DNA of 64,000 bases from a virus (Duplodnaviria; Caudoviricetes), in the IMG/VR virus record IMGVR_UViG_3300028833_000087, positions 1-64,000 of that record; one strand, written 5' to 3'. The notes beneath the pieces were generated by a model that had not been told where the DNA came from, made no database searches, and saw only the letters and a list, made by a program, of their open reading frames with translations. The position numbers were made by a program, and so were the translations under genes. Each line of letters begins with the position of its first letter. The first letter of the stretch is position 1. This document shows positions 40,106-49,732 of the stretch, in pieces.

Positions 40106-40363
40106 ATGATTATACATGGTACAGTATCAAGAAGACCAAATGAAAGTGATAAAAATCAATATCTTGTTAACAAAGTAGTAGGTATATCTACAGATCATAC
40201 TCCGATTGAACGGCCTTTCCAAATCTTTAATAGTAAAGAAATACTTGAATTATGGTGGGAAGGACTTGAAGAAGATCGTAAGAAAGATATGATTATTTAT
40301 CGTTTTTGTGACGGTAAAAATCCTAAAATGTATACTATTAAAACAAATAAAAAAGGAGAATAA
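40106..40363 (+). CDS. hypothetical protein
   Basis: 85 aa, AAGGA RBS. Confidence 0.75.
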   Translation: MIIHGTVSRRPNESDKNQYLVNKVVGISTDHTPIERPFQIFNSKEILELWWEGLEEDRKKDMIIYRFCDGKNPKMYTIKTNKKGE

Positions 40364-40365
40364 AA

Positions 40366-41580
40366 ATGGGTAAAAAGAACGATGTAATGAAGAAGTACAA
40401 TGCAATTTCTATGTATGGTGGGAGAATTCTGTCTTCTAGATATGTAGAAAATATCAAGAATGACCTGGTTGATCTGGTTAAAAACAAGGTCAAAGATCAT
40501 TTTGGTAAGGAATTTTATATTACAGATTCTCTTACCAATAGTCCGAATAATAAGTATTTATTCGACTGGCTGAAGAAGTATGACAAAGATTTTGAAGTGC
40601 ATTATTCTAAGCATTCTGAAACTATTACAGATTTTATCAAACTGATTCCGGTAACAAAAGATACATTTATCTATATTGCAACCGGTAACAAGATCGATAG
40701 ATATAATATCTACAATCTGATCAATACGAAAGAGAATCGTAAAGATTATGATATGTATGTATATATTGGCGGTAAGAAAGCCAGAAAGTATATCAGAGAA
40801 TTTGAAAAGATGATGGAACTTCGCAATACAATGAACCGTTCCAATAAGATCTATATTGTAAACGAGGTATCAAATTCTGGATATTCTAATATCAATGTTA
40901 TCGATCTTAAGAAGCGCGAAACAGATACATTGTATTTCTCTAATGGGGAAATGGATCGTATCATTAAGCATATCGATCATTTCGAAACAACCAAGTCAAT
41001 GTATACTGATAAGCAGCTTCTGTACAAGACAGGTATTCTTCTTTATGGAGAGCCCGGTACAGGTAAGTCTTCTCTTGCCAATGCGATAGCTACAAAATAC
41101 AAAAGATCTATTATCACTATCAGTATGAATAAGGTATCTGAGATTGATTTTGGTCAGTTAACTCTTTTGATCAATAATGATGATCTTGATACTTATATAA
41201 TTCTGATGGAAGATATCGATACTCTGTTCTTGAATCGTGAAGATGAGAAAGCAACTGATAAGAATTATAATGATATCATCAATCAGCTGCTTCAGTTCCT
41301 TGATTCAAATACATCTCCGAATAATGTAATCTTCGTAGCTACTACAAACCATGTAGATAAGCTCGATGCTGCATTGCTTCGTGAGGGTCGCTTTGATCTT
41401 AAGATTGAAGTAAAAGGATTAAATAATGATTCGGATATTAACAGAATGATAAAATCGTTTGGTATATCTGAAGATAAAATTCCTTCGATCCTTAAAGATT
41501 ACAAGAACTCTGTGGATAATTTTGACGGAGTATATAATCAATCAAAATTACAGAGTATCATTATTAAGTATATTGAATAA
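40366..41580 (+). CDS. AAA+ ATPase (BCS1-like)
   Basis: GILLYGEPGTGKSS, MEDID, TTNH...LDAALLREGRFD. Confidence 0.88.
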   Translation: MGKKNDVMKKYNAISMYGGRILSSRYVENIKNDLVDLVKNKVKDHFGKEFYITDSLTNSPNNKYLFDWLKKYDKDFEVHYSKHSETITDFIKLIPVTKDTFIYIATGNKIDRYNIYNLINTKENRKDYDMYVYIGGKKARKYIREFEKMMELRNTMNRSNKIYIVNEVSNSGYSNINVIDLKKRETDTLYFSNGEMDRIIKHIDHFETTKSMYTDKQLLYKTGILLYGEPGTGKSSLANAIATKYKRSIITISMNKVSEIDFGQLTLLINNDDLDTYIILMEDIDTLFLNREDEKATDKNYNDIINQLLQFLDSNTSPNNVIFVATTNHVDKLDAALLREGRFDLKIEVKGLNNDSDINRMIKSFGISEDKIPSILKDYKNSVDNFDGVYNQSKLQSIIIKYIE

Positions 41581-41614
41581 GACTAATTCTCTTTATTCGT
41601 ACCTTTCTTTCCTT

Positions 41615-41642
41615 AGGGGATAGGCATAATAGCCTATCCCCT
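41615..41642 (+). terminator. intrinsic terminator
   Basis: AGGGGATAGGC/GCCTATCCCCT. Confidence 0.7.
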
Positions 41643-41664
41643 TTGGTATGTTAATTTATTTTTT

Positions 41665-41684
41665 AATTATATAATATAAGTATG
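41665..41684 (+). promoter_or_regulatory. class-1 (putative early) phage promoter
   Basis: AATTATATAATATAAGTATG. Confidence 0.7.
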
Positions 41685-41812
41685 ATAATGAGTGTTTCAT
41701 CATTTTCACTCGTTATTAATCAATCATCTTATCCATTTTAGGGGAGATCGGTAGCCTCCCTAATAAAGGCCGAAATAAAGCAGAGTTCTCAAGCCCCTCT
41801 GCTTTATTTTTT
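41684..41812 (+). ncRNA. candidate three-hairpin sRNA
   Basis: promoter directly upstream, three hairpins, last one a terminator with T-run; no RBS-led ORF. Confidence 0.55.
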
Positions 41813-41849
41813 CTTCAGACCCACATTTTATTAATCGGAGGTGATTATA

Positions 41850-43034
41850 ATGGCTAATTATTCTCATAAAGTTGGTAATGTTTTATGTATTAATTTATAT
41901 AAAAAAGTATCTGAATCATTAGATAAAAATACAAATAATTTTATTGGTAATATATCTAAATTTATGAATAAAAATCATGAAAAAATTCATGATATAGCAC
42001 CATATGATAATATCTATTTTACTAAATATGATATAGATGATATGTTTAATTCTTTAAATTTATCTCAACAAGAAGTAGATACTATTATGAAAGATTGTTA
42101 TTTTTATAATGTACCTATTAATCCTGAATGTGTAAAAGAACCGTATGTAGAAGTATTAATTCAAGCTATAAGATATTTTGTAAAAACAAATCAATCTAAG
42201 AGAGCCGAATTGACAGCTATTTATTTAACATTTTCAGGTAAGTTTTATGCTTCTATATTCCAAAGTGCATTTCCTTCAGCTCCTCCTTCTAAATATAGAG
42301 CTATAATGGATTATGTAGTAAATAATATGCTTACAGATAAATTTGATCTTAAAAAAGAAGGAACTGTATTCGGTGCTATAAAATCTATGTGTGTTACTTG
42401 GCTTAATACTTATAATAAGTATTTTACAAGCAATACTTCAACTGATGAAGATATGAAAATGATTATTCAGCAGCTTAGAGATAGATTAAAATCATTTATT
42501 CATAATATAATGGAGCTTTATTATGAAGCATATAATAATAAAGCATATATGAATTATGAGACAGATTCTGTAGATCCAGATGATTTTCACTTAGCAGATA
42601 ATGATGCTGCAAAAGCTGCTAGATTAACAGAAAATGTAATGAATTATATGACTTCAAATAAAGTATCTTTGCAAATTTGCAATAAATGTAAAGATCAATA
42701 TGTAAAATCTACTGAAATTTGTGCTATAATGGAAGCTATACTAGGGGATAATAATAATCTTCCTAATGTAAGAAGAGCTGTTAATATTATTATCTGTGAT
42801 TATTTAAGAAAATATCCCGGAGGCTCTATTAAATCAGTAGACTTCGTATCTTATACAATTAAGGCAAAACCTAATAGTAAAGATGAATATCATATAGAAT
42901 TAAAGAAAATATTAAGTGATTTCTTAGATGCAAATTCAGTAGCATATAGGCGCAAATCTGAAGCAAGGAAAGCATCGTATTATAGATCAATACTTATGTA
43001 TTTTGCATTTGTAATTAATAAAGTTGCTAATTAA
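41850..43034 (+). CDS. hypothetical protein
   Basis: GGAGGTG RBS; ACA-N6-TAAT at 41823. Confidence 0.8.
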   Translation: MANYSHKVGNVLCINLYKKVSESLDKNTNNFIGNISKFMNKNHEKIHDIAPYDNIYFTKYDIDDMFNSLNLSQQEVDTIMKDCYFYNVPINPECVKEPYVEVLIQAIRYFVKTNQSKRAELTAIYLTFSGKFYASIFQSAFPSAPPSKYRAIMDYVVNNMLTDKFDLKKEGTVFGAIKSMCVTWLNTYNKYFTSNTSTDEDMKMIIQQLRDRLKSFIHNIMELYYEAYNNKAYMNYETDSVDPDDFHLADNDAAKAARLTENVMNYMTSNKVSLQICNKCKDQYVKSTEICAIMEAILGDNNNLPNVRRAVNIIICDYLRKYPGGSIKSVDFVSYTIKAKPNSKDEYHIELKKILSDFLDANSVAYRRKSEARKASYYRSILMYFAFVINKVAN

Positions 43035-43054
43035 AAATAAAAGATCCCTGAGGT

Positions 43055-43912
43055 TTACACCTCAGGGATTAATAATTCTCTTGTATAGATATAATTATCT
43101 GATGTTATTATAAGTTTTTCTTTTACAATAGCTTTATCTATTAATTCGTTACGTGATATATCAAATTTATCTAAGAATAAGAAATATGTAGATTCTATAG
43201 ATACATCACCAATATAATTTGTTTCAGCTTTATACAATGCTCTATTTTCAGTATCATTATCCTTATATATTTCTTTTACAAGTCCATACTCATCATAATT
43301 AATAGTAAGCGTATATAATAATTTTTCTTTTTCATAAGCTTCAACAATTTTAGGCTGCTCTTTAAGGAAAATTATATCATCGCCACCATCTCTAAGATCA
43401 TGAAAATCATAATGTTTATTTTTTACAGTAAGAAACATTTTCTTTTCTAGAAAATAATCTGTACTAAATAAAATATTATTTTTTATTTTATGAATCTCTC
43501 TTATAGAATTATAATTAGTAACTCTATTAGGACCAGTAACATTATACACTGTAGCTATAAATTCTGAAGGATATCTTCGTTTATTTACAGTAAATTTATC
43601 TGTAAGTCTTATTTTATATTTTCCTTCAGATATACAATCAATAGTAGATATATCAGGAGTTCTAGCACTATCATAATTAGCAAGCCAGTCTATATCTTTA
43701 TTAAGATATTCTCTTCCTTTTGTTATTTTCCTAATCTGAGGACAAGTACCTCCTTTGATTTCTAATTCCCAGAAGTTAAATCCAGGTACATTATTATCAC
43801 ATTCTTTACCATCTGCTATCAATTCAAAAGCTTGATCTTTATATACAATTTCATCAGTATCCAGTTTTTTGTTTTTAATATAATTATACCTGTAAATAGT
43901 ATTTGTATTCAT
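43055..43912 (-). CDS. hypothetical protein
   Basis: 285 aa, AAGGAGG RBS; ACA-N6-TAAT at 43930-43942. Confidence 0.8.
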   Translation of the reverse strand: MNTNTIYRYNYIKNKKLDTDEIVYKDQAFELIADGKECDNNVPGFNFWELEIKGGTCPQIRKITKGREYLNKDIDWLANYDSARTPDISTIDCISEGKYKIRLTDKFTVNKRRYPSEFIATVYNVTGPNRVTNYNSIREIHKIKNNILFSTDYFLEKKMFLTVKNKHYDFHDLRDGGDDIIFLKEQPKIVEAYEKEKLLYTLTINYDEYGLVKEIYKDNDTENRALYKAETNYIGDVSIESTYFLFLDKFDISRNELIDKAIVKEKLIITSDNYIYTRELLIPEV

Positions 43913-43946
43913 ACTTTATCCTCCTTTAAATTAAAAATGTGTTAAA

Positions 43947-43975
43947 ATACTGGTAGGAGTTAATCCTACCAGTAT
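43947..43975 (-). terminator. intrinsic terminator
   Basis: 12-bp stem, T-run on minus strand. Confidence 0.75.
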
Positions 43976-43980
43976 ATAAA

Positions 43981-45408
43981 TTATAAATTATTCATTGACT
44001 TTCTATATTCAGTTGCAGCATTTGCAAATTTAGTAGCACCTGTTTTATCACCATTACGTCTTTTATTTTCCATATCATAAGTCATCTTTCCATAGCTTAC
44101 ACTAAGTTCATGATAAACTTTTTGCTCATCTTTCTTAGTAAGATGCTTAGATATAAGTGAACAGAAATCAGGAAGCGTTCCTTTTTGATAAAAGCTCTTC
44201 TTACTATTAATAGATTTCTTATACATTTTAGAAACTCCGATAGCATGCTTTGCTAATTCTTTCGAAAGCTTGTCTGTTTCTTTTATAGATGTATAATGCT
44301 CAATAAGTTTCTTTGCTCTATTAATTAAAGAAGCTTTAGATTCATAATCTACAGGTTTGATTTTAGCATCTTCAGGAACAGAAGCTTTCTTTAATAGAGT
44401 TTCTTTAATAATCTGAGCTTCCTTACTAGTCCAATTATCAAAAGATTCTCTATATTTATCTACAATGAAATCAGAACCAAGATTAATAATCTCTGTAGAG
44501 AATTTAATCATAGAATTACCACAAATCTTTTCAATCTGCTTTTGATTTACAAGATAAGCACCAACATATGTAGCAACCAATACACTTGCAAAACTGGTAA
44601 ATAATTCACTTGCATACATTGCAGAAGGAGTAAAAGCATAAGCCCACTTTGATACAAATACTTCTGTAGTTAATCCTTTGAGCTTAAAGTTTTCAGCAAT
44701 AGCAGTTACAAAATTATCTATATCATTAAAGTTTTCTTCTTTATAATACAGATCATATGCATTGATATTACCAACAGGAACTCCTGCAATTTTAGCTGCT
44801 ACATTCTTACTATATTGATCAAGCTCTTTACCCATGATATTTTTCATATAGTATAATACTGATAAATATGCAATCTTAGTTTTGTTCTGTTCATAGCCAA
44901 CAATGCGCATATAATCAATAATATAACTAAACATTGCTGAAAAACATTCTGCACCACTAATGGTAATATTAGAATTATTAAGCAATCTTGTAGTATCAAA
45001 TTCGTATAAATAATAACAAAGAGCCTGGAATAAATAAGTAATTAAATATTGAGGGTTTTTACATACATAAAATCCGTCTTTAAGATTTAATATTCCAGTA
45101 AGGTCAATAAATACTTTACGTCTAGCATTTTGACCTTCTCTTAAATCTTTAGCCATAAATACTTTAAATGCTCTAGGCATTTCTTTATTATTAACGCATA
45201 ATACTACATCATCTTTCATCATGAGAGAATATAATACATTAGATCTCTGTAATCTTTTAATTTCTTCTGCAACTCCATTAAATTCAGAAGATCTTTTATC
45301 TTCAATACGATCTGCTTGAATAATAAACTGAGATAATAATTGATTGTGTTTCTTTTGTTCAAGATTATATAAATAACTATCATTATATGATTTTTTAGCG
45401 ATTTGCAT
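43981..45408 (-). CDS. hypothetical protein
   Basis: 475 aa, AAGGAGG RBS; ACA-N6-TAAT at 45435-45447. Confidence 0.8.
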   Translation of the reverse strand: MQIAKKSYNDSYLYNLEQKKHNQLLSQFIIQADRIEDKRSSEFNGVAEEIKRLQRSNVLYSLMMKDDVVLCVNNKEMPRAFKVFMAKDLREGQNARRKVFIDLTGILNLKDGFYVCKNPQYLITYLFQALCYYLYEFDTTRLLNNSNITISGAECFSAMFSYIIDYMRIVGYEQNKTKIAYLSVLYYMKNIMGKELDQYSKNVAAKIAGVPVGNINAYDLYYKEENFNDIDNFVTAIAENFKLKGLTTEVFVSKWAYAFTPSAMYASELFTSFASVLVATYVGAYLVNQKQIEKICGNSMIKFSTEIINLGSDFIVDKYRESFDNWTSKEAQIIKETLLKKASVPEDAKIKPVDYESKASLINRAKKLIEHYTSIKETDKLSKELAKHAIGVSKMYKKSINSKKSFYQKGTLPDFCSLISKHLTKKDEQKVYHELSVSYGKMTYDMENKRRNGDKTGATKFANAATEYRKSMNNL

Positions 45409-45515
45409 GACAGGAACCTCCTTATACAGTCAATATTAATACGATGTTCCGCTGTGCACAATTACTATATATAATTATATTTGACATCATTATAATCTAT
45501 AAAGGAGGTTATAAT

Positions 45516-46283
45516 ATGACTGATTTGGAATTAACAAAAATAAAATTCTTTATATTAGGTTATACACAAAATGTAATTAAGAATTTCTTTCCTGATATTA
45601 TTGATTGTGAGGAAATTGATAAGCATCATTTGCCAAAGAAAGATCCATATTTTAGATTACAATGGTGGTTTTATGAAGAATACAATAAAATTTATATTCA
45701 TTTCGAAGTAATGAATAAAGGTAATATTGGACCTGATTGGGACCCTGATCCGGAACATGATTATATAGGTTTATATCAAGAAATAAATAGAATAATACTT
45801 AGAGATTTTTATAATGATTTAAAAATATGGCCAGAAATTATAGGTCCTTCTATAAATCATTATTTGTATACTACAGAAGGGGATGCTCCGTTTGTAGATG
45901 AGTCTATGAGAATAACAGCTAATACATTTACTTGGTGGCCTATTTTTGATGATGAATCATTTTATTTTATAAATGATCAGCAAGTAAATATTCATGCATT
46001 TGCACCTTTTGTTACTGGAGCTGAAATAGATAATGCTTTTGGCAGAAGACGAGTTGAAGAATTATTAGAACTGTCTAATAGATATTATGATATTTGGAAA
46101 ACTGATCCTGAAGAATATATTAGAGTTTTTCCTGATTATTTTGAAGAATATCGCACTATGTATAATAATGATTTTCATTGCACTTTATTTAATATGGATG
46201 AATATGAAAGTAATCATGAAAATTCCGGTATTCATTATGAGTATCTCAGTATGGAATTTCCAAAACCTCCTCCTAAACCATAA
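45516..46283 (+). CDS. hypothetical protein
   Basis: AAGGAGG RBS before ATG 45516; ACA-N6-TAAT at 45484. Confidence 0.8.
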   Translation: MTDLELTKIKFFILGYTQNVIKNFFPDIIDCEEIDKHHLPKKDPYFRLQWWFYEEYNKIYIHFEVMNKGNIGPDWDPDPEHDYIGLYQEINRIILRDFYNDLKIWPEIIGPSINHYLYTTEGDAPFVDESMRITANTFTWWPIFDDESFYFINDQQVNIHAFAPFVTGAEIDNAFGRRRVEELLELSNRYYDIWKTDPEEYIRVFPDYFEEYRTMYNNDFHCTLFNMDEYESNHENSGIHYEYLSMEFPKPPPKP

Positions 46284-46306
46284 TATTTTTATTGATTATA
46301 CGAACA

Positions 46307-46332
46307 AGGTCTGCTAGGAAACTAGCAGACCT
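46307..46332 (+). terminator. intrinsic terminator
   Basis: AGGTCTGCTAG-GAAA-CTAGCAGACCT. Confidence 0.7.
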
Positions 46333-46403
46333 ATTATATATTAATTTACAACAATATAAACTTTTTAATAACTAGTGAAATTAAATAAATTGAGGAGGTA
46401 ACA

Positions 46404-47285
46404 ATGAATCATAAAGCGATTATAGAGAAAGATAATACTATTATCAATTTATCTAATACAGATAATTTTCCTTGTATAAAAAGTACAGCTTTGGAAGATT
46501 GCTATACTCTTAAAAATATATCAGAAAATCAAAGAGATAAAAGATTTAGTTATTATGATTTTTATGGTGTACCTGTTCCAAGAGTATCAGAAATATTAGA
46601 ATATTGTTCTGATCAATCTAGTATTATTAAATGGGCGGCAAACTGTGGATATAAATATAATAAAATAAAAGATGATGCATTAAATATTGGTACTATGGTT
46701 CACGAAGCTATAGAAAAATATTTAAACAGAGAATTAGATATCGGAGAATTAGATACAGAATTTGGAAATAATAAATTATCACAGCAAGCAAAAACAGCAT
46801 TTAAAAATTTTATATCTTGGCAAAGATCTTTGGAATTTGCTGGATTTTATTTTGAGCATATATATGCTATAGAAGAAGTAATGTCTTGTCCTTATTTTGG
46901 TGGAACATGTGATGCTATTGTAAGAATTAATGGAGCTGATTATGTAATAGATTTTAAAACTTCTAAGCAAATTAATACAAATTATCTTGTTCAATTATCT
47001 GCATATTATTGGTTAATAAATAATGGATATTGCAAAGTTATTAATCATGTAGATGGTGTAGGTGTTATTAGAGTAGATAAAAACTCCAATAATACATATG
47101 AAGATTTCTTTTTAAATGCTCATATTCCTTGGCAAAATGAATCATTAAATGTGTATATAGAAACATTTGGAGCATTCTGTAATGCTTACTACCATGGTAT
47201 AAATTCTATGGTAGAATATAATAGCACCAAACGATCTGTAGCTAAAACTGTCTATAATACTTTAAGAGGTGAGGACGTATGGTAA
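46404..47285 (+). CDS. PD-(D/E)xK exonuclease (RecB/lambda-exo-like)
   Basis: GTMVH, GTCD, IDFKTS, QLSAY. Confidence 0.85.
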   Translation: MNHKAIIEKDNTIINLSNTDNFPCIKSTALEDCYTLKNISENQRDKRFSYYDFYGVPVPRVSEILEYCSDQSSIIKWAANCGYKYNKIKDDALNIGTMVHEAIEKYLNRELDIGELDTEFGNNKLSQQAKTAFKNFISWQRSLEFAGFYFEHIYAIEEVMSCPYFGGTCDAIVRINGADYVIDFKTSKQINTNYLVQLSAYYWLINNGYCKVINHVDGVGVIRVDKNSNNTYEDFFLNAHIPWQNESLNVYIETFGAFCNAYYHGINSMVEYNSTKRSVAKTVYNTLRGEDVW

Positions 47286-47839
47286 TGATAGATTTGGACA
47301 AGAATAGAATTATAGGTGACTTTTTAGAAATAAATGCTGAAATATCATATAATGAATCTACAGCTAAAGGATTCTTTAAAAAGTTATTTATAAAAAGAAA
47401 GAGTAAGAAATATAGAAAAAGATTGATAGAGTTATTGCAAGATTTTGTTAATTCTGATTATATTCTTACTAGAGATAATTTATATGAGGCTTTTGTATAT
47501 TTTTATGATAGTAAAGATATTTATACTCCTAAATATCTTAAAGTATATAAGCCTGATAATAAAGATGATGATATGTCGTCACGTATAGAAGGATTAATAA
47601 ATTATAAACATACATTATGTCTTATTCATTTAGATTCGGACAGAAACGATTTTGATTTAAATGTAAAATACAATGATCCTATTGGAGAAATGTCTAAAAT
47701 TGCTGTTACGAGATCTGAATTGAAGAATGATTTTATTCTTAGCATGGAAGTAGCAGCTATAAATAAATATCTTAAAGCGGAAATAGCAGATTTCATAATG
47801 TCTCAAATGGAACCATTCATGAAGGGAGAAACAAAATGA
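47279..47839 (+). CDS. hypothetical protein
   Basis: 186-aa ORF. Confidence 0.75.
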   Translation: MVMIDLDKNRIIGDFLEINAEISYNESTAKGFFKKLFIKRKSKKYRKRLIELLQDFVNSDYILTRDNLYEAFVYFYDSKDIYTPKYLKVYKPDNKDDDMSSRIEGLINYKHTLCLIHLDSDRNDFDLNVKYNDPIGEMSKIAVTRSELKNDFILSMEVAAINKYLKAEIADFIMSQMEPFMKGETK

Positions 47840-48657
47840 ATGATAAAAAATTCTATTTACCGATGCTAGATGATGACTATGTAAATTATAAACCTAGTGC
47901 TAAATTGATTAATGCCTATATTAATACAATTGAATTGTCTGAATATATTAAAAGAAAGCAAAAAACTGATATTATATCTTTTGAAGATGGAGAAGATTAT
48001 GTTATTGATGAATTCTTCTCTAATAAGCTTTCTAAAGTATTAGAAGTATATGATCAATATCAGAATTTGTTTAGTAATCCGGAATTTGATTCTCAAAATA
48101 TAAATGATTATTTTGGAAATTATTTTACTGCGATAGAAAAATTTATAGATCTTGTGATATTTATAAATGATACAACTTATCATGATAGTAAAATGGAATT
48201 TGTAAGGTATAATGAATCTAAGAAAGCTTTATTATTTGATCATTATGTAATAGAATTTGAATCTACAGCTATAAATTTAGATTATGATTCTCTTTTAGAT
48301 GCATTGGACAATAAGCCGAATTTAAAGTTAGTAAAAATCAGGAATAAAACCACAGAGCTATTTAACTTCATACAGGGATATGAACCTGAATTTAATGATA
48401 TGGAATCTGTGATTTTATTTAAAAATATTATGAGAGCTACTTGTATTGAAATTGCATGCAAGCTTGAAGAGATTTTTATGTCAGCTTTAGATTTTGCCAT
48501 TATTGGTTTAGATATTGATGAAATATTTAAAACTTTATTCATAAATAAAGGAGAATTATATATCTATGATGAAGAATCAGCAATGCAAAGACAGAATAAT
48601 ATCAATACACCTGTCAGACGTCCATTTTGGCGCTTTCGATCCAAAAATTCAGTATAA
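47836..48657 (+). CDS. hypothetical protein
   Basis: 273-aa ORF, ATGA-coupled to upstream gene. Confidence 0.75.
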   Translation: MNDKKFYLPMLDDDYVNYKPSAKLINAYINTIELSEYIKRKQKTDIISFEDGEDYVIDEFFSNKLSKVLEVYDQYQNLFSNPEFDSQNINDYFGNYFTAIEKFIDLVIFINDTTYHDSKMEFVRYNESKKALLFDHYVIEFESTAINLDYDSLLDALDNKPNLKLVKIRNKTTELFNFIQGYEPEFNDMESVILFKNIMRATCIEIACKLEEIFMSALDFAIIGLDIDEIFKTLFINKGELYIYDEESAMQRQNNINTPVRRPFWRFRSKNSV

Positions 48658-49681
48658 TATATTATCAGAACAATTTATAACAAAATTATATTGTCTTCCG
48701 TCTATAGATATTGTCTCTATAGACGGAGATTTATTTGATAAAAAATATATGGGTAATTCTGAACCAGTATTATATGCAAATAAGTTTATAGACGATATAG
48801 TTCAGATAGCCAGAATAAAAGGATTCTCTATAATATGTCTTAAAGGAACTCCAAGTCATGACGATAATATGCTTCAATTATATTATCATTATATGGAAGA
48901 TCCGTCTATAGATTTTAGAGTTGTAGAATCTATTCAATTTATAGAAGTAAAAGGAATAAGAATATTATGCATTCCGGAATTACATTCTTTAGATGAAGAG
49001 ATCTACAAACAAGTATTCTTTAATTCTGGTTGGTATGATGAAGCATATATTCATGGTACATTTAAAGGAGCTTCTATTGCTAGACCTACAGAAAGAGTAT
49101 TAGAACCGAAAGATTTTATGTATCTTACAGGTCCAGCTATAGCAGGTCATGTACATAATGGTGGATGCTTTAATGGTTTCTTTTATTATAATGGATGCCC
49201 ATATAGATGGAAATTCGGTGAAGAAGAAGACAAAGGTTTTCTTATAGTAACTCACGATATAAATTCAGGCTTATATTGGACTCAATTTGAAAAGATTGAA
49301 TCTTTTAGATATATTACTATATATCTTGATGAATTAGTAAGTACTGATCCTAAAATTATTATTGAGAATATTAATAGAATAAAAGAAGAGCAAGCTATTG
49401 ATTTTATCAAGATAAGATTTAGGTGTAAGGTGGATGGTGGAAATAAAACTATATTAAATAATTATTATAGAAATAATCCTACCACTAAAATAGAGTATTT
49501 AGACGTAGAAGAAGCTGAAGAACAGAGAAAAGCAGAATTACAAGAAAAGGAAGAGCAATATTCTTATCTTACAGATAACTCGATTTCTGATCTTGAGAAA
49601 CTTGTACGATATATCAATACTTCAGAAGGATCTGAATTTATAACAGTACAAAAAATAACAGAATTACTAAATGAGTTGTAG
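48566..49681 (+). CDS. sbcD: SbcD/Mre11-like metallophosphoesterase nuclease
   Basis: SDVHFG, GDLFD, GTPSHD, HG, GHVH. Confidence 0.85.
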   Translation: MMKNQQCKDRIISIHLSDVHFGAFDPKIQYNILSEQFITKLYCLPSIDIVSIDGDLFDKKYMGNSEPVLYANKFIDDIVQIARIKGFSIICLKGTPSHDDNMLQLYYHYMEDPSIDFRVVESIQFIEVKGIRILCIPELHSLDEEIYKQVFFNSGWYDEAYIHGTFKGASIARPTERVLEPKDFMYLTGPAIAGHVHNGGCFNGFFYYNGCPYRWKFGEEEDKGFLIVTHDINSGLYWTQFEKIESFRYITIYLDELVSTDPKIIIENINRIKEEQAIDFIKIRFRCKVDGGNKTILNNYYRNNPTTKIEYLDVEEAEEQRKAELQEKEEQYSYLTDNSISDLEKLVRYINTSEGSEFITVQKITELLNEL

Positions 49682-49732
49682 GTTATAAATGGTTCAAAAA
49701 CTTTAATTTAATCTCAAATTAAAGGAGAAAAA

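Noticed and set aside
45481-45496. TTGACA...TATAAT sigma70-like hexamers
   Set aside because: Only 4 nt apart; better explained as an ACA-N6-TAAT phage motif
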